NCBI GenBank assembly: GCA_937127445.1
Contig: CAKZLY010000030.1
Coordinates: forward strand, 74,023-138,022
Source of the DNA: an uncultured Ignavibacteria bacterium
GTDB taxonomy: Bacteria > Bacteroidota > Ignavibacteria > Kapaibacteriales > UBA2268
Direction: 5' to 3'
Length of the DNA: 64,000 nucleotides
Part shown: piece after piece, positions 49,231-59,627 of the stretch
Position numbering within the stretch: the first letter of the stretch is position 1
How the letters are laid out: each line of letters begins with the position of its first letter
Position numbers and translations under genes: made by a program
Notes under the pieces: model-generated
Databases searched by the model: none
The model's input: the letters and a program-made list of their open reading frames with translations, nothing else
What the model was told of the DNA's origin: nothing

Positions 49231-50490
49231 CTACATTTCGAATGCTTTGAAACAAATTGTAGCGTTATGCCCACCAAATCCGAAAGTATTGCTCAGAGCA
49301 GCTTTGATCTGGCGTTTTTCAGACTTATTTGGAACATAATACAAGTTGCATTCGGGATCAGGGGTTTGATAATTAATAGTCGGAGGCAAAAATCCTTCAT
49401 AAATAGCCAGAGCAGTCGCAATAGCCTCGATAGCACCAGCAGCGCCGAGAAGATGTCCGGTCATAGATTTAGTAGAGCTTACTGGGATTTTGTAAGCACG
49501 TTCACCGAAAACAGTTTTAATAGCAGCTGTTTCAGTTTTATCGTTGAAAGGAGTAGATGTTCCGTGCGCATTGATATAATCAATGTCATCAGGGACAAGA
49601 CCAGCATCTTCGATTGCAAGTTTCATAGAGCGAACAGCACCTTCGCCGCCGGCGACTGGCTGAGTGATGTGATAAGCATCGTCAGTAAGACCAAAACCCG
49701 CCACTTCGGCATAAATACGAGCACCACGGTTCATAGCGTGCTCTAATGTTTCGAGGACAAGCACTCCTGCACCTTCACCGATAACAAAGCCATCACGGTC
49801 GCGGTCGAACGGACGGCTAGCAGTTTCTGGCGAATCGTTGCGAGTCGATAAAGCTTTAAGAGCATTAAACCCACCAACTCCCATTGGACAAACCACTGCT
49901 TCACTTCCGCCGGTAATCATCACATCAGCATCACCACGTTGCAATAGCATTAAAGCATCAGCAATAGAGTGCGAAGATGTAGCACAGGCGGATACAGTGC
50001 CATAATTTGGGCCTTTAAGTCCCCAACGAATGGCAATATGTCCAGCAGCAATATCAGAAATAAGCATTGGCACAAAGAAAGGAGAAATTCTATCAGGATT
50101 TCCACCACGCTTATAAAGCTCTTCTTGCTGGTAATGGTATGTCCACATTCCACCAATACCAGAGCCCAGAACAACGCCGGCACGCTCACGATCAATTTTT
50201 TCAACGTCTAAATTGGCGTCTTCGATAGCCATAGCGGCGGCAGCAATAGCGAAATGGGTGAACATATCCATTCGCTGAACTTCTTTTCGATTAATAAACT
50301 GAAGCGGGTCAAAGTTTTTTACTTCGCAAGCAAATTTAGTATCGAAATCAGATGCATCAAAACGTGTAATTGGAGCAGCACCGCTACGTCCCTCGAGCAA
50401 ACCTTGCTTGTATTCAGCAAGGTTATTGCCAATAGGAGTAACAGCACCCATTCCAGTAATAACAACACGTGGGAAATTATATTTCGGCAT
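49231..50490 (-). CDS. fabF: 3-oxoacyl-[acyl-carrier-protein] synthase II
   Basis: [22 protein letters not shown], active-site Cys in [13 protein letters not shown], and the His-His blocks. Confidence 0.95.
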   Translation of the reverse strand: MPKYNFPRVVITGMGAVTPIGNNLAEYKQGLLEGRSGAAPITRFDASDFDTKFACEVKNFDPLQFINRKEVQRMDMFTHFAIAAAAMAIEDANLDVEKIDRERAGVVLGSGIGGMWTYHYQQEELYKRGGNPDRISPFFVPMLISDIAAGHIAIRWGLKGPNYGTVSACATSSHSIADALMLLQRGDADVMITGGSEAVVCPMGVGGFNALKALSTRNDSPETASRPFDRDRDGFVIGEGAGVLVLETLEHAMNRGARIYAEVAGFGLTDDAYHITQPVAGGEGAVRSMKLAIEDAGLVPDDIDYINAHGTSTPFNDKTETAAIKTVFGERAYKIPVSSTKSMTGHLLGAAGAIEAIATALAIYEGFLPPTINYQTPDPECNLYYVPNKSEKRQIKAALSNTFGFGGHNATICFKAFEM

Positions 50491-50527
50491 AACTCTCCGC
50501 CGTATGTTTTAATTTAACAATACAAAA

Positions 50528-50761
50528 TTATTTTTTTGAAGAAAGGAAATTGAGAACATCACCCACAGTTTGGATTTTCTCAGCTTCGCTATCTTCGATT
50601 TGAACGTTGAATTCTTTTTCGAATTCCATAATGAGTTCGACAGTATCTAATGAATCAGCACCCAAATCTTTTGTAAATGAAGCTTCGTCAGTAATTTGAG
50701 CTTCTTCGACACCAAGTTTTTTTACAATAATTTCTTTTACTTTTGCTCTTAATTCGTCCAT
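50528..50761 (-). CDS. acpP: Acyl carrier protein
   Basis: 77 aa with the phosphopantetheine attachment motif [11 protein letters not shown]. Confidence 0.9.
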   Translation of the reverse strand: MDELRAKVKEIIVKKLGVEEAQITDEASFTKDLGADSLDTVELIMEFEKEFNVQIEDSEAEKIQTVGDVLNFLSSKK

Positions 50762-50814
50762 TTTGAACTCCTAAAAAAAAGTTAAACAAAATAAAAAATA
50801 TAGAAAAAGGAAAA

Positions 50815-51561
50815 TTAGTCCATCAACAAACCGCCATTTACGTGAAGTATCTGACCAGTAATATAGTTTGCGTCATCGCTTGCGAGGAAGGCAACAGCAG
50901 AAGCAATATCTTCTGGTTCTGCAACACGTTTTAGCGGAATATTAACTAAGAAAGCATTTTTTTGTTCATCTGTTAATTTATCGGTCATTGGAGTGCGAAC
51001 ATAACCCGGAGCAACAAGATTAACAAGTATATTGCGAGATGCAAGTTCGCGAGCAATAGATTTAGTGAAGCCAATCATACCGGCTTTGGAAGCAGAATAA
51101 TTTGCTTGTCCAGCGTTACCCATTGTTCCGACAACCGAACCTATATTAATAATTTTTCCGTAGCGTTGACTCATCATAGGACGCGAAACAACTTTTGTGC
51201 AAATGAAAGCACCTTTTAAGTTGGTATTCAAAACAGCGTCCCATTCTTCTTCGCTCATACGCATAAGAAGATTATCGCGAGTGATACCAGCATTATTGAC
51301 AAGTATATCAATTCGCGACGATTTAGCAAGGATATCATCAACGATTTTTTGAACAGAATCGAAAGAAGTAACATCGGCTTGCATAGGAACAATTCTATCG
51401 CGAATTGTTGCATCTTCGATAAATACTTCATTTTCATCAGGGGTGCGGTAGTCAAGTGCATAAACAAAAGCACCTTCGCGAGCAAATCTTTCGGCAATAG
51501 CCTTCCCTATTCCCCGACAGCCGCCTGTTACAACAACAATTTTATTTTCAAATCTGTGCAT
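50815..51561 (-). CDS. fabG: 3-oxoacyl-[acyl-carrier-protein] reductase (SDR)
   Basis: TGGCRGIGKAI cofactor motif, NNAG, and the YSASKAG catalytic tetrad region. Confidence 0.9.
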   Translation of the reverse strand: MHRFENKIVVVTGGCRGIGKAIAERFAREGAFVYALDYRTPDENEVFIEDATIRDRIVPMQADVTSFDSVQKIVDDILAKSSRIDILVNNAGITRDNLLMRMSEEEWDAVLNTNLKGAFICTKVVSRPMMSQRYGKIINIGSVVGTMGNAGQANYSASKAGMIGFTKSIARELASRNILVNLVAPGYVRTPMTDKLTDEQKNAFLVNIPLKRVAEPEDIASAVAFLASDDANYITGQILHVNGGLLMD

Positions 51562-51600
51562 AAATTACCATAAATTAAAAAGTTAAATATACTAAAAATT

Positions 51601-52518
51601 TTACTTTTGCAAATCATCAAATTTATCGAAACCGGAAATCTCAACATTTTCTAAAGTTCTTTTGACAAGCCCTTGAAGTACCTGACCGGGACCGAGTTCG
51701 ACGAAGCGAGTAATACCATCGTTAAACATCTGACGAAGAGACTGAGTCCAAAGGACAGGAGCAGTAAGCTGAGCTATCAAGGCGTTTTTGATTTGATCAG
51801 CGTTTGTCAGTGGCTTGGCATACACATTAGAATAAACAGGAGCTTTTGCATTTTTGAACTCAATTGTATTGATAGCTTTTTCGAGTTCAAGTTGAGCAGG
51901 TTTCATAAGAGGAGAATGGAAAGCACCACTTACGACTAATTCTTTTACTAATTTAGCACCTGCTTCTTTGAAAGCATTTACATTGTTACGCAAGAAATCA
52001 CGTGAACCGGATACAACAACTTGACCGGGAGAATTAAAGTTTGCAGCAACGACCACAGCAGATTCGTCATTTTGATTTAGTTTATTACATACTTCAATAA
52101 CTTTATCATCATCAAGATTGAGAACGGCAAACATAGTGCCGGGTAATTCTTCGCCGGCTGAATACATAAGCTGACCGCGAAGCGATACCAGACGAAGGGC
52201 GTCTTCGAATTCGATTACACCAGCTATATATAAAGCCGCATATTCACCTACTGAATGGCCTGCGACGGCATCAAATTCAAGTTTATCTTTCAGCAATTCA
52301 TATAGAACGACTGAATGCAGAAAAATGGCGGGCTGCGTGAAGCGTGTTTGCTTCAAAACATCCATCGGACCATTGAAGCAAATTTCAGAAAGAGAAAAAT
52401 CAAGAATTTCATCAGCTTTTTGAATAATCTTTTTAGCTATGTTCGAATTATCAAATAAGTCTTTCATCATCCCAACATATTGAGATCCTTGGCCAGAGCA
52501 AAGTAATGCAGTTTTCAT
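51601..52518 (-). CDS. fabD: Malonyl-CoA:ACP transacylase
   Basis: MKTALLCSGQGSQYVGM and the active-site GHSVGEYAAL. The ATG at 52518 is preceded by GGAGGTG. Confidence 0.9.
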   Translation of the reverse strand: MKTALLCSGQGSQYVGMMKDLFDNSNIAKKIIQKADEILDFSLSEICFNGPMDVLKQTRFTQPAIFLHSVVLYELLKDKLEFDAVAGHSVGEYAALYIAGVIEFEDALRLVSLRGQLMYSAGEELPGTMFAVLNLDDDKVIEVCNKLNQNDESAVVVAANFNSPGQVVVSGSRDFLRNNVNAFKEAGAKLVKELVVSGAFHSPLMKPAQLELEKAINTIEFKNAKAPVYSNVYAKPLTNADQIKNALIAQLTAPVLWTQSLRQMFNDGITRFVELGPGQVLQGLVKRTLENVEISGFDKFDDLQK

Positions 52519-52528
52519 ATCACCTCCA

Positions 52529-53518
52529 TTAATCATTCATATTCCATTTTAAGTAAACTGCACCCCAAGTAAATCCAGCCCCAAAGCTTGCCAAAATAAC
52601 GTTATGCCCTTTTTTCAACAAGCCTTTTTCGAGCCATTCGGATAAACAAATTGGAATTGTTGCAGCAGTAGTATTGCCATATTTATCAATATTAATCATA
52701 ACCTGTTCACGAGATATTCCCATACGTTCAGCAGTAGCAGTAATAATACGATGATTAGCTTGGTGAGGAACAAGCCAGTTAACATCTTCACTTTTCATAT
52801 TGTTACGTTTCATAATTTCAACAGTAACTTCTGCCATACCAACGACAGCGTATTTGAAAACATTTTTGCCATCTTGATAAATGTAATGCTCACCGTTAGC
52901 AACTGTTTCGGCAGAAGCAGGTTTGAAACTACCACCAGCAACCATATGTAGGAATTGGCCACCAGAACCATCAAGGCGCAGGATATGGTCGAGCATACCC
53001 ATCGAGCTATCATTAGATTTTTCAATCAGGCAAACACCAGCACCGTCGCCGAAAAGTATAGCTTGATTGCGGTCTTGGAAGTTAACAATAGAGCTCATTT
53101 TATCCGCACCACAAAGAAGAACATTGCGGCATACGCCACTTTCGACCAAACCGGCAGCAGTAGTAAGAGCGAAGACAAATCCAGAACAAGCAGCGGAAAG
53201 GTCAAAACCCCAGGCATTTTTCAGTCCCAACTTGTTTTGGACCACAGCAGCAGTAGATGGGAAGAAATGGTCTGGTGTGACAGTAGCCACAATAATACAG
53301 TCTATCTCATCTTTGGAAATGCCACGTTTTGCAATACATTGTTCGGCAGCAGGAACGATAAGGTCGCTTGTAGCACCGGATTTAGCGAAGCGTCTTTGAT
53401 GGATGCCGGTACGTTCGAGTATCCATTCGTTGCTTGTATCGAGATAGCTCTCAAAATAAGAGTTATCATAAACATCTGGCGGCAGGTAATGAGCTATGGA
53501 AGTAATAGTTGCAGTCAT
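52529..53518 (-). CDS. fabH: 3-oxoacyl-[acyl-carrier-protein] synthase III
   Basis: Active-site Cys in DLSAACSGFVFAL and the HQANHRII His/Asn region. Confidence 0.9.
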   Translation of the reverse strand: MTATITSIAHYLPPDVYDNSYFESYLDTSNEWILERTGIHQRRFAKSGATSDLIVPAAEQCIAKRGISKDEIDCIIVATVTPDHFFPSTAAVVQNKLGLKNAWGFDLSAACSGFVFALTTAAGLVESGVCRNVLLCGADKMSSIVNFQDRNQAILFGDGAGVCLIEKSNDSSMGMLDHILRLDGSGGQFLHMVAGGSFKPASAETVANGEHYIYQDGKNVFKYAVVGMAEVTVEIMKRNNMKSEDVNWLVPHQANHRIITATAERMGISREQVMINIDKYGNTTAATIPICLSEWLEKGLLKKGHNVILASFGAGFTWGAVYLKWNMND

Positions 53519-53544
53519 ATAAAAATCTCAAATTAGTCAAAATA

Positions 53545-54573
53545 TTATGTCAATTGCAAAGCATTTTCAATTTTACTATTAATATTATTCAACGAAAATT
53601 CAATTGAACGAATAATCATATTCTTTATTGCTTTGGGCGAGGACTTGCCGTGACCGATAATGACAACTCCATTAACACCCAATAGAGGCACTCCACCATA
53701 TTCCTGATAGTCAAATTCAGAAAGAATATTTTTTAAGGTTGGCACCATCATACCAACTTTCAATTTATTGAGAAAGCTCCTTGAAGAATAATTTTTGATC
53801 TTTGACTTCAGAATATTGATAAAACTTTCGGCTAATTTCAGCACAATGTTGCCAGTAAAGCCATCGCAAACAACAACGTCGGCAGCCCCCGTAAGGATAT
53901 CACGTCCTTCTATGTTCCCGATAAAGTTAAGAGAGCTGTTAGAAAGCATCTGATAAGTTTCGCGAATAGCGTCAGTACCTTTAGTTTCCTCTTCGCCAAT
54001 GTTGAGCAGCGCAACAGAGGGGCGCTCTATACCGAGCGAATGTTGAAGGAAAGTGCTACCCATAACAGCAAATTCGAAAAGAAAGCGTGGACGAAGGTCG
54101 ATTGTTGCTCCGACATCTAAAACAAAAGTAGGTCGGCCGGAAACAGTTGGCATCATTGCACCGATAGTAGGGCGGGAAACGCCTTTAACCCGTCCCAAAA
54201 GCATAGTGGAGATGGACAACATAGCACCGGTATTGCCCGCGGAAACGAATGCATCAGCTTTACCTTCCGAGTGCAGTTTGGCAGCAACAAACAACGAAGA
54301 ACCCTGTTTATTTCTCAGAGCTAAAACAGGGTCGTCGTGCATAGTAATTACATCATCGGTATGGATAATGGAATAAGCACTTTCAGGCAATTGCGTTTGG
54401 GCGATAGCCTCATTGATTTTATTCTGGTTACCTACGAAAACAATTTCAAGGTCGATTGAATTAGCAACTTCTTTGTAAGCCAAAAATGCACCTTGAACTT
54501 CATTCACAGGTGCAAAATCACCACCCATAGAGTCGAGTGCTATTCGAATTTTGTTTTTACTGTTTCCAGTCAT
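53545..54573 (-). CDS. plsX: Phosphate acyltransferase PlsX
   Basis: IALDSMGGDFAP N-terminal signature. Sits at the conserved position between rpmF and fabH. Confidence 0.9.
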   Translation of the reverse strand: MTGNSKNKIRIALDSMGGDFAPVNEVQGAFLAYKEVANSIDLEIVFVGNQNKINEAIAQTQLPESAYSIIHTDDVITMHDDPVLALRNKQGSSLFVAAKLHSEGKADAFVSAGNTGAMLSISTMLLGRVKGVSRPTIGAMMPTVSGRPTFVLDVGATIDLRPRFLFEFAVMGSTFLQHSLGIERPSVALLNIGEEETKGTDAIRETYQMLSNSSLNFIGNIEGRDILTGAADVVVCDGFTGNIVLKLAESFINILKSKIKNYSSRSFLNKLKVGMMVPTLKNILSEFDYQEYGGVPLLGVNGVVIIGHGKSSPKAIKNMIIRSIEFSLNNINSKIENALQLT

Positions 54574-54599
54574 ATTAAAAGATACAGCACCACAAGCAA

Positions 54600-54767
54600 T
54601 TAAACAATTTTACGGCCGTTGTAGTAACCACATTCAGGGCAAGCTGCATGAGAGAGCTTCATAGCGCCGCAATTTGGGCAAGCAACAGTTTGTGCTGCAA
54701 CTGCTTTGTAGTGAGTTCTTCTTTTATCTCTTCTTGTTTTCGAAAATTTACGGTTTGGATTTGGCAT
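54600..54767 (-). CDS. rpmF: 50S ribosomal protein L32 (55 aa, below the ORF-track length cut-off)
   Basis: Minus-strand frame MPNPNRKFSKTRRDKRRTHYKAVAAQTVACPNCGAMKLSHAACPECGYYNGRKIV has the L32 N-terminal basic block and a CxxC..CxxC zinc ribbon, at the conserved yceD-rpmF-plsX position. Confidence 0.85.
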   Translation of the reverse strand: MPNPNRKFSKTRRDKRRTHYKAVAAQTVACPNCGAMKLSHAACPECGYYNGRKIV

Positions 54768-54792
54768 AATAAAATTCCTTAAAGAATATACT

Positions 54793-54827
54793 AATTTAAT
54801 TTAATTTAATTTAATTTAATTTAATTT
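54793..54827. repeat. Perfect pentanucleotide microsatellite (AATTT)7
   Basis: 35 nt of uninterrupted aattt units, read directly from the sequence. It spans the yceD-like stop codon (54811-54813) and the yceD-rpmF spacer. Confidence 0.9.
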
Positions 54828-55338
54828 TTTTCAAGGCACTCCAACGTTCATCGATTTGCACCTCTTCATCAGGAGCCGTTTCATTTATTTCTGCAGAGAA
54901 TTCTGGATGCAAATCAGCAAAAGTCTTATCCCGATATTGAGGAGCAATTCGTTTCATCGGGATTGAAACTGTCAATTGCTCACGAACATCGTCGGAAATA
55001 TCGAAGAACTCGTCGTCTTCGTGAACAGCACGTTCAATGTCTGGGTCGTCGTAATTTTCTCTGTTCAGCAAAAACAGTTCAGTGTCGGCAATAAAAGAAA
55101 CATTTATTTCCGACGATATAATATCGGTATATTCTTCGAGCGACAAATCGCAAATGAGTTTAATTTGGCATTCAGCAAAGCCAGTAATAGTGAAGCGTTT
55201 GCCGATTTTTCGAAGCTTACCGACAAAGGACACATTTCCAAAGAACTCAGGCAGCATTCCAGCGACTTCGCTTACAGGAACAATCTCGTTAACTTCGTGT
55301 ATGCCATCTTTTATTCCATGTATCCTAATTTTTATCAT
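54811..55338 (-). CDS. YceD/DUF177-family protein (large-subunit rRNA/ribosome-associated, the conserved partner upstream of rpmF)
   Basis: 175 aa, acidic, with a C-terminal Cys/His-poor YceD-like block. Conserved synteny immediately 5' of rpmF-plsX. Confidence 0.65.
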   Translation of the reverse strand: MIKIRIHGIKDGIHEVNEIVPVSEVAGMLPEFFGNVSFVGKLRKIGKRFTITGFAECQIKLICDLSLEEYTDIISSEINVSFIADTELFLLNRENYDDPDIERAVHEDDEFFDISDDVREQLTVSIPMKRIAPQYRDKTFADLHPEFSAEINETAPDEEVQIDERWSALKKIKLN

Positions 55339-55399
55339 TTCCTACTGCCCGTACAAAAATAACTTACAAAAATAAAGATAAAATTATAATTTTCCAAAA

Positions 55400-56083
55400 T
55401 TAAAAAGGATACAAGAAAACAGGGGCAATTGGAAGTCTATGATTTATAAAGAGTAACAATTCGCCTTCGAGCACTTCAAGAGTTAAATGTTCTCCGACAG
55501 CAACATTTCTGGCGCCTTCACGTTTGCCGAGTTCGAGAATTTCGCCGTGGAGTTCCCATTCTAAATTATGTGTTCGGAGTTGCACCATAGGTTGAGGAAT
55601 AAGCGAGATAATTTCGCCAACATTAACGAAGAGTTCAACTGATTCGTAAATTGGGATTCCGTAGCGATTATTATCAAATATGCACAAATTAAGGCGTTTG
55701 CAATATTTTTTGAGCACACTCCAATTGTTTAAAGTGTGTTCGAGCTCACCACCGTGAAAACCAAAAATCAGCAAATCATTATAATTATTATGAATACAAT
55801 ATTGTAGAATTTTTTCGAAATCGTTTGTTTCTTGGTCTGGAATTATCAAGAGTTTTTCCTGTGGTATTTGCTGTTGATTACTCATGAAGAAAGAATCCAT
55901 ATCGCCTATTACTTTTGTAGGGTCTAAACCAAGAGCCAAAATATTATTTGCAGCCCCATCAGCAACAAGCAACGGAAGAGAAGCAACCATATCAAAAACA
56001 AATTTATCAGGTAGGTTAGCATTCAGGCACACAACAGCAGAAAAGCGGTTCCCAGCAGGAAAATTAATCGTTTTCATTTTCAT
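55400..56083 (-). CDS. Thiamine pyrophosphokinase
   Basis: Catalytic-domain motif LLVADGAANNILALGLDP (ADGGAN-like), GDMDS, and the C-terminal thiamine-binding domain. Start placed at an internal ATG (MKMK), which leaves a 17-nt gap after the upstream gene. Confidence 0.6.
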   Translation of the reverse strand: MKMKTINFPAGNRFSAVVCLNANLPDKFVFDMVASLPLLVADGAANNILALGLDPTKVIGDMDSFFMSNQQQIPQEKLLIIPDQETNDFEKILQYCIHNNYNDLLIFGFHGGELEHTLNNWSVLKKYCKRLNLCIFDNNRYGIPIYESVELFVNVGEIISLIPQPMVQLRTHNLEWELHGEILELGKREGARNVAVGEHLTLEVLEGELLLFINHRLPIAPVFLYPF

Positions 56084-59000
56084 TTCCGTTTTCATTGTTG
56101 TAAATTTCGTGTTTATTTTTTCGGCATAAATTTGTGTAACCACAATATTCACAGATTTTATTGTTTTTTATATTTTTTTCGCCAAATAGCCCCTGCGATA
56201 TTTTCTTGACAATTTGTTCTACCTGCTCAATAGTAGAATCAATTATTTGGGATATACGGTCTTCATCATTTTGATGACTATCTTTTTCAAGGAAATTGTA
56301 ATCTGGAGCAATAATTGGGAAATAAGTTGTTTTTCTTAATATTGGAAATTGGTCGTTGATTTCAGTTTTCTTATTATTTTTATCGGGTTTAAAGCAGAAA
56401 TAGGCACCGCCAATGGGTTCAATTGAAGCAACACCAGAAATTGAGGGCAAAATTTGTTCAGCAGCCTTGATATAAACAGGGATTTGAAAATTTTCGCCCA
56501 AATCATTTTCGCTTTTCTTAATTGTATCGGGAGAAGATTTTTTATAATCAACGATTAAGAAACAACTTTTGTTTTCGTGCAGGTCAATTCTGTCAATTTT
56601 CCCACGTATTTTAATGCCATTTATTGAGACGGGAGCTGCGTTTTGTTTTGGATAACCGAAAGCGAGTTCAAAGAATGCAGGATATAGATTATTTGAATGT
56701 TCGTGATATTGCAATTCGCGATCGAGCCATAAATTGAGTAAGCCTCTATTGCAAGTATTTGAGTTAGATTTAGATGATTTGTTGAAATCACCAATTAGCA
56801 ATTTAGTAAGGATATGATATTCATAGTCGAAGTATTTGAAAAATTCGAGTTCTTGCCTTGCAAAATTAACAAGTAAGTTCCAGTATATATCTTTTTGATT
56901 TTTGTCTAATTTGACTAACCCACTTGAATTTGGAGTTTCGTTTTTTATGGAAGTCATAAATTTATAAACAATCCTATGAAGGAGGTTGCCAATTTCAATA
57001 TTTGGGATTTCTTCAGTTTCCAAAACTCGTTCGCGGATTCCCAGCACATACCGTAAAAAGTATTGATATGGACACTTTTGGTATGTTTCAAATTCGGAAA
57101 CGGAATAGGTTTTGTTTTTATATTCACCTAAAAAGTTAAATAAATTTTGCTGCAAATTATTCCCGAATACCGAAGTTTCATCATCTACTGAGTAAACATA
57201 TTTGTTAATTCTTTCATTTTCTTTTTGCAAAGAATCTACATTAATTAAATCAATCACGTCAGATTGCGATAATTCGTTTGCTGCAAATTTGCGGATAAGT
57301 TCGCCAATATTGGAAATATAATTGATGAAAGGAATATCGTTTATCTGCCGGCTAATTATTTCGTCTTTGGAGTTGGTTGCGAGTGCCTTTCTGATAGTAG
57401 ATAATTTATAGAATTTGTTTACCTGGCTAAGAGAGGTAACATTGAACAAAGCGGAAATAAAAGTCGACATTATTTGTTCTTCTTTATCAAGAAATTCTGG
57501 GAAAGTGATAAAGATTTTGAAATTTCCTTGGTCAAATAGTTCAAGATTGTTTGTCAATGTTTTATAAAACAAGATTCGTTCTGATTCGAGGTGACGAAGT
57601 TCGCTTTTAGGAAGAATTTTTCCCAATGTGTTCTCGGAACGATAAGCAAGGGGGAAATTACCATCAATTGCACCACAAAGAATAACAACTTTGAAAGGAA
57701 TACCAATGATTTGCTCAATAGAAGTAATTTTAACACCGCGGTCCGCACTTTCTTTGATATTATATTTTGTATTTAGGGCTGCAATTTTAATTTTATCGAC
57801 AAATTCACTTAATTTTATTTTTTGCTGTGGATAGAGAATTGACTGAATTTTTGAATATTCATCTACAAGTTTAATGAAGGAATTAACGGCAGCAACATCT
57901 TTTTCGATTTCATCACGAAGGAAGAGATAGTTTAGAGTAGAGATTTTCGATTTATTTTGATTAAGTTCTGATAATTTATTTATAATTTGTTCCTGAATAT
58001 TTAATTTATTAATTATTTGCTTTTTGATAACAGACAATATTTCATCAGAAAGGTATTCTCGGTTTTCGAAAGAGACAAGTTCGACAAGTTTGCGAAAATC
58101 ATTCAAAGCTTTTTCGTATTTTTCTTTTTTCAGTTTTAGAAAATATAAATCTGTATTATCACTCTCATTGGCTGAAAGAGAATTATCGAAATATTTGATG
58201 TTGAAGGAAAGAATTTCGCGCCAGAATTCTGCACCGTTGGATTTTGTACCACCCAGAAACGGGATTTCCGTTATTACTTCGAGTAAATTTTCAACATCGA
58301 TAAATGAATTTGCCCAGGTTTTAAAATAGAAGCTTTGTAATACTTTTTTCAGGTCAGACTTTCGATAATTATTGATAACTAAATCGAATATATTAAGAAA
58401 AGTAATCACAAGTTGTGAAGCAGATAAATCAAATCTATCAGTAATAAAACTTTCAATATTGTTTGCTGCAAATATTTCACGGAAAAGGGAGGAATAAAGT
58501 TCGGGCATACGAGAAACAATAGCAATATCTGTTGGGTTATAGCCTTGCTCGATAAGATAGCGAACTATTTTTGCAATTGTATTGACTTCATCGACTTGAT
58601 TTTCGCAAGCAATAACTTTAATAGTATCATTAAGTTGATTATAGAAAATTTCGCGATATTCTTCATTGTTGAATAGACGCCGACGAAGATATTGCGAAGG
58701 CGGAAGATTAATTTCATCCTCAATATTCATCTTTTCATTAACATCGACATACGAAATTGAAGAATAAGAGTTTGCTTGAATATCTGCGATTGTTTCGGTT
58801 AAATTGCCGAAGAGAGGGCCATTGATAGGCGAGAAATCAACATTAATAGCAACGGGAATGCTGCTTTGGCTTAATAATTTAAGAAAGGTAGCTTGCGGTT
58901 GCTTAAATTCAATAAATTTATCGAATAGGATTACAGTTTCAGGGTCGAATAATTGGTCAAGTGGGAAATCTGTACTGGTATTTTGCAGGCAATACTTATT

Positions 59001-59627
59001 CAAATCAATTAAGTATTGAGGAGCATCTAAAAACTTATCGGAAAGCAGTTCCTGATATTTTTGGTAGATTACAGCGAAATCGTGAAGTTTTTTGGGGTCG
59101 CTTACGCCACCGATATTGTAATCTATGTAATCTTGTGGAGAATAATTTTCGACATCTCTGAAAAGGTCGTCGGGGAAAATTCCGTCTTCTTTAAGACCAT
59201 TGATTATTTGAGCAATTTTAGTAACCAGCCCGAAACTTACTTTTTTATTTTTGGGATTATGCCGAAAAAATTTAAGTTTGCTATTGTTTATGGCTTCTTC
59301 GATAAGTGCATAAATAAAGGGTTCAGAAATCTGAGTTTTTTTGTTTTGAAAAATTTTTTTGTGGCAGTTCATCACCAAAGATTCGAAAGTATGAAGCGAA
59401 GGTGGTTCGCAAGGCTGTTTGTGGCGTTCGAAGTATTTTCTGATGAAATGATTTTTATAATAAAGCACCATTCTTCGTGTAGGAAGAACAAGTAACATAG
59501 ATTTGGGCTTTTTCTTTTCAATAAAGAAATTCATAATTGAATGGACATCGAAGCAAGCAAAATCAATTTCGTTTGATGAATTTGAAAATTTCGAGAAATA
59601 CGCATTATTATATAAAAGTGTAGGCAT
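56064..59627 (-). CDS. AddB/RexB-like PD-(D/E)XK nuclease family protein (inactivated-helicase N-region plus C-terminal RecB-type nuclease with Fe-S cysteines)
   Basis: C-terminal nuclease motifs FETYQKCPYQYFLRYVLGI, GKIDRIDLHENKSCFLIVDYKKS and QIPVYIKAAEQ, with a terminal CEYCGYTNLC cluster. No Walker A is visible in the N-region. ATG at 59627; the ORF track starts at TTG 59684. Confidence 0.65.
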   Translation of the reverse strand: MPTLLYNNAYFSKFSNSSNEIDFACFDVHSIMNFFIEKKKPKSMLLVLPTRRMVLYYKNHFIRKYFERHKQPCEPPSLHTFESLVMNCHKKIFQNKKTQISEPFIYALIEEAINNSKLKFFRHNPKNKKVSFGLVTKIAQIINGLKEDGIFPDDLFRDVENYSPQDYIDYNIGGVSDPKKLHDFAVIYQKYQELLSDKFLDAPQYLIDLNKYCLQNTSTDFPLDQLFDPETVILFDKFIEFKQPQATFLKLLSQSSIPVAINVDFSPINGPLFGNLTETIADIQANSYSSISYVDVNEKMNIEDEINLPPSQYLRRRLFNNEEYREIFYNQLNDTIKVIACENQVDEVNTIAKIVRYLIEQGYNPTDIAIVSRMPELYSSLFREIFAANNIESFITDRFDLSASQLVITFLNIFDLVINNYRKSDLKKVLQSFYFKTWANSFIDVENLLEVITEIPFLGGTKSNGAEFWREILSFNIKYFDNSLSANESDNTDLYFLKLKKEKYEKALNDFRKLVELVSFENREYLSDEILSVIKKQIINKLNIQEQIINKLSELNQNKSKISTLNYLFLRDEIEKDVAAVNSFIKLVDEYSKIQSILYPQQKIKLSEFVDKIKIAALNTKYNIKESADRGVKITSIEQIIGIPFKVVILCGAIDGNFPLAYRSENTLGKILPKSELRHLESERILFYKTLTNNLELFDQGNFKIFITFPEFLDKEEQIMSTFISALFNVTSLSQVNKFYKLSTIRKALATNSKDEIISRQINDIPFINYISNIGELIRKFAANELSQSDVIDLINVDSLQKENERINKYVYSVDDETSVFGNNLQQNLFNFLGEYKNKTYSVSEFETYQKCPYQYFLRYVLGIRERVLETEEIPNIEIGNLLHRIVYKFMTSIKNETPNSSGLVKLDKNQKDIYWNLLVNFARQELEFFKYFDYEYHILTKLLIGDFNKSSKSNSNTCNRGLLNLWLDRELQYHEHSNNLYPAFFELAFGYPKQNAAPVSINGIKIRGKIDRIDLHENKSCFLIVDYKKSSPDTIKKSENDLGENFQIPVYIKAAEQILPSISGVASIEPIGGAYFCFKPDKNNKKTEINDQFPILRKTTYFPIIAPDYNFLEKDSHQNDEDRISQIIDSTIEQVEQIVKKISQGLFGEKNIKNNKICEYCGYTNLCRKNKHEIYNNENGNENEND

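Noticed and set aside
54793-54827. (AATTT)7 as a phase-variation switch altering the YceD-like protein
   Set aside because: Every reading frame of the repeat reaches a TAA within two units. Slippage would change at most a few C-terminal residues, so any effect is more likely on spacing or transcription than on the protein.
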